IMG/VR virus record: IMGVR_UViG_3300016722_000081
Span: 1-29,999 of that record
Strand: one strand, 5' to 3'
From: a virus
Lineage: Duplodnaviria; Caudoviricetes
DNA length: 29,999 nt
In this document: positions 25,470 to 29,999 of the stretch, one piece after another
How positions within the stretch are numbered: position 1 is the stretch's first letter
Layout: each line of letters opens with the position of its first letter
Program-made: the position numbers and the translations under genes
Notes under the pieces: model-generated
Told to the model about the DNA's origin: nothing
Database searches by the model: none
The model's input: the letters and a program-made list of their open reading frames with translations, nothing else

Positions 25470-25642
25470 GGCTCGTTGAATTGGCGCTGACGCGGCACGG
25501 ATTCAGCCTGACGGACATAAGGGCGCTGACCACCCCGGAGGCCAAGACGTACATAGACCTGCTGGCCGAGGTCGCCACCGGAAAGGCCGGGGGCACCGTG
25601 TATGTGAACCAACGACTCAAGAAAAGGAATAGGTGCAAGTAG
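25430..25642 (+). CDS. -1 frameshift extension of the tail chaperone (GT-type product)
   Basis: G GGA AAG at 25430-25436; the -1 frame is open to TAG 25642 (GKADGRERTCRELRLVELALTRHGF...). Confidence 0.75.
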   Translation, partial: GKADGRERTCRELRLVELALTRHGFSLTDIRALTTPEAKTYIDLLAEVATGKAGGTVYVNQRLKKRNRCK

Positions 25643-25645
25643 CTC

Positions 25646-27871
25646 ATGCCGGACATGGACATGCAAGTCACTCTCAAGCTGCGCGACCAGTTGAGCGCCG
25701 AAAGCACCCAGGCCCTGGACAAGGTGGTCAAGGGCGCGCGGGCCACGGGCGTGGCGGTGACGGAATCCGGCAAGGCCACGCGCGAGGCTGGCCGCGCGGC
25801 GGTGGAGGCTGGAAAAGCCACGGTGCAGGCGGCCAACGCCGCCACCGAGGCCCATAAGCAGACCTCCGCCGCCGTTAGCCAGGAGGCCGCCGCGACCACG
25901 CGGGCCAGCCAGGCTACGCGGCAGTATGCCGAAGATTGCCGCGTGGCCACGGCCAGGGGCAAGGAAATGGCGGAGGCCTGGACCGCCCTGGGCCATAAGG
26001 AGCGCAACGTCCTGGGCCTGGTGGGCAGGCTCAAGCAAGTGGACCAGTACGCACGCCAGGCCGAAAAGGGCTTGTCCGCCGCAGCCAGCGCGGGCGGCCG
26101 CTTGGGCCAGGCCGTGGCCCAGGGCGGCGCGGCCCTGGCCGCAGGCGGGTACGTGGCGGGGCGGGCCTTGGCCACGCCCATCTCTTTCGAAAAGCGCCTG
26201 GCCGACATGGCCAACACTGCATACAATGACCGAGGCGTGGAGGGTCGACGCGCTGGCGGAGTTGAATTGCGCGCTGCAATCAAGAGCGCCACCGACCAAT
26301 ATGGCGGCTCACGGGACGAGGCGGCCGAGGCTCTGGACAAGATGCTTGCCAGCGGTGCGGTCAAGCCCTCCGATGCCATACGCATGCTGCCTGAACTGCA
26401 AAAAGCCGCCACGGCCAGCGGCGCGGGCACCGGCGACCTGGCGGACATCGCCATACGCGGCGTACAACAGGGATTTTTCAAGCCTAACGAAGTTGGTGTG
26501 GGTCTGGATAAGGCTATAATCGCTGGGCAAAAGGGCGGTTTTGAGTTGAAGGACATGGCCCGCTGGCTGCCGCAGATGATGGCCAACGCGGCGGGCATGA
26601 AAAGCATGGGCGGTTTCGAGCGCATCCTGGCCAGCGCCCAGGCCAGCGTCGTCACGGCAGGCAGCAAGGACCAGGCGGGCAACAACCTGGTCAACCTGCT
26701 GCAAAAGCTGAACAGCCAGGACACCGCCCAGGACTTCAAAAAGCTGGGCATCGACCTTTCGGGCACCCTGGCCAAGGCGCGCGAGAAGGGCACGTTGCCC
26801 CTGGACGCCTTTGTGCAGCTCATCGACCAAAAGGTGGTGGGCAAGGACAAAAAGTTCCAGGCGCTCAAGACGCGCGCGGCCGGTGCCCAGGGCAGCGAGA
26901 AGGCCGAGACCCTGGACGCCATGGCCGACATCCTTCAAGCCTCTGCCGTCGGCAAGGTGGTGCAGGATCGCCAGGCCATGCTGGCCCTGGTGGGCGAAAT
27001 GACCCAGCGCAGCTACATCAAAGAAGTGTTGGGAGACATGGGCAAGGCCAATGGCTACGCCACGCAAACCAACTTCGCTTCCAAAGCCGGGACAACCGCG
27101 TACAAACTCCAGCAGGTTGAGAATCAAAAAGATTGGGCTGCCTCCAGCATGCTGGACGCCATCGGCGGTCCGCTTGGCAACGTGGCCACCACGGCCGCCG
27201 ACCTGGCGCGCGAATTCCCCGGATTGGCCACGGCCTCCTTTGCGGCCGCAACGGCTATCTCGGCCCTCGCCGCTTCGGCCGGGGTGCTCGCCGCCGGGCG
27301 CATGCTCTTTGGAGGCGGGGCCGCCGCCGCAGGCGCGGGCGCGGCCGGTGCCGCTGGCGCTGCGGGGGCGGCCACGTCTGGCCTTGGCCGGGTTTGGGCC
27401 GGTGCGAAATCCGGCTGGGGCGGGACTGCCGCGTCTCGCATTGGGCGCTGGGGCGGAGGCTGGGGCAATGCGCTGCTGGCTGGCTGGGCAGCGTACAACA
27501 CCGAACAAGACGACACCCTTTCCCGCGCGCAGAAGAACGCCGCCCATGTGGGCACAGCCGGAGGCGCGGCTGGCGCTTGGGCTGGTGCCGCTTTTGGCGC
27601 AAAGGCCGGGGCGGCGGTTGGCGGAAGCATCGGCGCATTTTTTGGTGGTGTGGGGGCCGCTCCGGCTGCGTTGGTCGGCGGCGCAATCGGCGGCATCGGC
27701 GGCGGCATTGGTGGATATTTCGGCGGTAAGGAACTCGGCAAAAAGGCAGGCGACTTACTGTTCGGCGGTGGGGAACAAAAGATCGTGATTGAAAACAAAG
27801 TAATGATGGACCAGCGCGTGCTGGCCACCTCCGTGAACGAGTTCAACAGCCGCCAGGCGCAGCGACATTAA
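25646..27871 (+). CDS. Tail tape measure protein
   Basis: 741 aa, Ala-rich helical, GGFELKDMARWLP core, Gly/Ala-rich C-terminus. Confidence 0.92.
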   Translation: MPDMDMQVTLKLRDQLSAESTQALDKVVKGARATGVAVTESGKATREAGRAAVEAGKATVQAANAATEAHKQTSAAVSQEAAATTRASQATRQYAEDCRVATARGKEMAEAWTALGHKERNVLGLVGRLKQVDQYARQAEKGLSAAASAGGRLGQAVAQGGAALAAGGYVAGRALATPISFEKRLADMANTAYNDRGVEGRRAGGVELRAAIKSATDQYGGSRDEAAEALDKMLASGAVKPSDAIRMLPELQKAATASGAGTGDLADIAIRGVQQGFFKPNEVGVGLDKAIIAGQKGGFELKDMARWLPQMMANAAGMKSMGGFERILASAQASVVTAGSKDQAGNNLVNLLQKLNSQDTAQDFKKLGIDLSGTLAKAREKGTLPLDAFVQLIDQKVVGKDKKFQALKTRAAGAQGSEKAETLDAMADILQASAVGKVVQDRQAMLALVGEMTQRSYIKEVLGDMGKANGYATQTNFASKAGTTAYKLQQVENQKDWAASSMLDAIGGPLGNVATTAADLAREFPGLATASFAAATAISALAASAGVLAAGRMLFGGGAAAAGAGAAGAAGAAGAATSGLGRVWAGAKSGWGGTAASRIGRWGGGWGNALLAGWAAYNTEQDDTLSRAQKNAAHVGTAGGAAGAWAGAAFGAKAGAAVGGSIGAFFGGVGAAPAALVGGAIGGIGGGIGGYFGGKELGKKAGDLLFGGGEQKIVIENKVMMDQRVLATSVNEFNSRQAQRH

Positions 27872-27884
27872 GGGGGGGCTAGCC

Positions 27885-29126
27885 ATGGCCTGGAAAGATA
27901 CCCTGCTGTCCCCCAGCTTCCGGGGCGCGGCCTTTGAGGTGCTGCGCACGCGCGACATGGGTAAGGCCGCCGTGGCCGGGCACCACTACCCCTACCGCGA
28001 CGGCGGCGAGGCCGAGGACATGGGGCGCGACATGCGCCGCATTGAAATCGTCGCCGTGCTGTGGGGCCCCACGTACGAAAGCGCGCTGGATACGCTGCTC
28101 AAGGCGCTGGCCGCACGCGGCAAAGGCGAGCTGGTGCATCCGGTCCTCGGCCCCGTGCAGGCGCAGGTGGAGGACTGGGACGTTTCGCACACGGCGGAGC
28201 GGCCCAACTACGCCGAGGTCACCATGCGCTTTGTGGTGCCCGGCGAGGCCGCCAAGTTCTTTGACCGCGCCTGGCCCAAGGCCGACGCCAAGGCCGAGGC
28301 CGCCCGCACCGGCGCGGCCGCCGTGCTGGAGCGCGTGACGGCCGCCGCCAAAAACGCCAAGGCCATGAGCACCGCCGGGCTGGGCGGTTTGTCCAACCTC
28401 CGCGCCCTGGCCACCGGCGTGGTCACCAGCGGGGCGGACATCGTCACCGCCCCGGCCGCCTGGGCGGCGGACGTGACCAGCCTGGTGTCCGGCTTCATCG
28501 GCCTCAAAAATTTTGCCGGTTCCTCGCTGCTGTCCGACTACTCCGCCGTGCTGTCCCGGTTGTCCGGGCTGTTTGGTTCGTCTTCTTCGTCGTCGTCTTC
28601 TTCGAGCGGGCCGGGCGGTTCGGGCGGTTCGGGCGGCAGCTCCGCAAGCGCCGCCGTCACCCCGGCTGCGGCCGCAGCTGCGGCCGAGGCGCAAACGCAG
28701 GTGCAGGCCCATGTGCAGCTGGAAGCGGCGCTGGGCGTGGCCGAGGCCGCGCAACTGGTGCTGGAAAGCGAGGCCCAAACGCCCACGCTCACCCCGGCGC
28801 AGATTGAGGACGTGGCCGCCACCAGCCGCGAGCAACTGCAAAACAGCATCACCACCTACCGCGCGCTGTACCCGCTTGAGCTTTCGCGCGCCGTGACCGA
28901 GCCCGTCAAGGACGTGGCCGCCGCCGTGCAGGACGCGGCCGCCGCCGTGCTGGAGGCGCGCCCCCCGCTTATCACGCACAACGTGGCCGCGCGCACCTGC
29001 CCGCGCCTCTTGGCGCACCAGCTCTATGGCGACCACACCCGCGCGGCGGAAATCCAGCGGTTAAACGCGCTGGCCGACCCCAACTTTCTAACGCCCGGCC
29101 AGGAGCTGAAAGTCTATGCCCGCTAA
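27885..29126 (+). CDS. DNA circularization protein (Mu gpN-like)
   Basis: SFRGAAFEV, H.YPYRDG...EDMG, GELVHPVLG, LAHQLYGDHTRAAEI.RLN. Confidence 0.9.
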   Translation: MAWKDTLLSPSFRGAAFEVLRTRDMGKAAVAGHHYPYRDGGEAEDMGRDMRRIEIVAVLWGPTYESALDTLLKALAARGKGELVHPVLGPVQAQVEDWDVSHTAERPNYAEVTMRFVVPGEAAKFFDRAWPKADAKAEAARTGAAAVLERVTAAAKNAKAMSTAGLGGLSNLRALATGVVTSGADIVTAPAAWAADVTSLVSGFIGLKNFAGSSLLSDYSAVLSRLSGLFGSSSSSSSSSSGPGGSGGSGGSSASAAVTPAAAAAAAEAQTQVQAHVQLEAALGVAEAAQLVLESEAQTPTLTPAQIEDVAATSREQLQNSITTYRALYPLELSRAVTEPVKDVAAAVQDAAAAVLEARPPLITHNVAARTCPRLLAHQLYGDHTRAAEIQRLNALADPNFLTPGQELKVYAR

Positions 29127-29999
29127 CCAGGCGACCGACGGCGACAAGGTGTCGCTCATCATCGACGGGCACGAGCACCGCGATTGGGAAACCGCCGAGG
29201 TGGACTCGGATTTGCTCACCCCGGCGGACGCCTGGCGTGTGAGCCTCGGCCTGCCGGACGCCAAGCTGCCCGCGTACCTCGCGCCGTGGGCTCCGGTCAC
29301 GCTGGCCGTCGGCGGCCGGGTGGTCATGCGCGGCCGCATTGATACGGTGGAATCCTCCGTGGGCTTCGGCGAGCACACCTTGGCCCTTACCGGGCGCGAC
29401 CTGGCCGCCGTGCTGGTGGATTGCTCCGCGCCGGTCTTTACCGCGCACCAGTGCAGCCTGGCCGAGATAGTGGCCAAGATGGTGCGGCCGCTGGGCATAA
29501 CCAACATCCGCGTCAGCGCGGGCGCGGCCACGCATGACAAAATTTCCGTGGACCCCGGCATAACCGTATGGGACGCGCTGCAACGCGTGTGCGAACAGAA
29601 CGGCTGCTGGCCTTATATGGACCCGGACGGCACGCTCACCATCGGCGGGCCGGACTACAGCGACGCCACCAACCCGGCCGTGGGCCAGCTCACCCTGCGC
29701 GCCACCGGGCAAGACGGCGGCAAGGGCAACAACGTGCTGCGCCTGGCCCTGCGCCGGGGCATTCACGAACGCTACAGCCAGGTCACCGTGCTGGGCCAGG
29801 CGCACGGCGGGGCGTTCACCCCCGGCGCGCACAACATCAAGGCCACGGCCAAGGACAGCGCGGCGAATTTCGGCCGGCCCAAGATCGTGGTGGAAGCCGA
29901 TTGCGACAACGTGGGCCATGCCCAGCGCCGGGCGCGCAAGATTGTGGCGGACGGCAAGCTGGCCGCCTTCGAGATCCACGCCCCCGCGGCGGGGCCACC
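29116..29999 (+). CDS. Baseplate hub protein (Mu gpP / gp44-like), partial
   Basis: Hand translation: MPANQATDGDKVSLIIDGHEHRDWETAEVDSDLLTPADAW...GRDLAAVLVDCSAP; runs off the window. Confidence 0.88.
   Translation, partial: MPANQATDGDKVSLIIDGHEHRDWETAEVDSDLLTPADAWRVSLGLPDAKLPAYLAPWAPVTLAVGGRVVMRGRIDTVESSVGFGEHTLALTGRDLAAVLVDCSAPVFTAHQCSLAEIVAKMVRPLGITNIRVSAGAATHDKISVDPGITVWDALQRVCEQNGCWPYMDPDGTLTIGGPDYSDATNPAVGQLTLRATGQDGGKGNNVLRLALRRGIHERYSQVTVLGQAHGGAFTPGAHNIKATAKDSAANFGRPKIVVEADCDNVGHAQRRARKIVADGKLAAFEIHAPAAGP

Larger units (their letters stand above)
1316..29999 (+). mobile_element. Mu-like transposable prophage (myovirus-type tail); left end approximate, right end beyond window
   Basis: Repressor / Ner-like / DDE transposase / AAA ATPase / Gam / GemA / Mor / lysis / terminase / portal / F / G / I / T / sheath / tube / tape measure / N / P synteny. 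The left end must lie between the host gene start (1284) and the repressor stop (1515). Confidence 0.95.

Noticed and set aside
26493-26520. Perfect TATAAT with weak TTGGTG inside an AT-richer patch of the tape measure gene
   Set aside because: Poor -35, 16-nt spacer and no obvious target; more likely a recombined mosaic segment.
27310-27730. Gly/Ala-rich repeats near the tape measure C-terminus
   Set aside because: Ordinary glycine-zipper-like composition for tape measure proteins.
28575-28645. Ser/Gly tract (tcttcg/tcgtcg and gggcggttc repeats) in the gpN-like gene
   Set aside because: In-frame low-complexity linker with no sign of phase variation.

Overview
About 1.3 kb of host DNA (a partial M50 site-2 protease gene and a truncated ADP-ribosylglycohydrolase gene) is followed by the left ~28.6 kb of a GC-rich Mu-like transposable prophage with a contractile tail. 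Gene order: CI-like repressor with S24 domain, then divergently CII-like, Ner/Cro-like, MuA, MuB, Gam, GemA, Mor/C activator, accessory genes, lysis cassette, terminase, portal, MuF, G, I/Z, T, head-tail genes, sheath, tube, frameshifted chaperone, tape measure, N and a partial P. Two non-coding systems stand out. (1) Three type II hammerhead ribozymes sit between stop codons and Shine-Dalgarno sites in the early operon; they would cut it into 976-nt and 263-nt units whose ends can re-form a hammerhead and might circularise. (2) An antisense tRNA-like RNA with no anticodon loop and its own sigma70-like promoter lies directly after a MuF gene with a putative nuclease-like C-terminal extension, where an immunity gene would be expected. 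Also found: an embedded o-spanin missing from the ORF track, a duplicated late-promoter element and a lambda-type -1 slippery site. All family calls come from motif recognition and synteny, not database searches.
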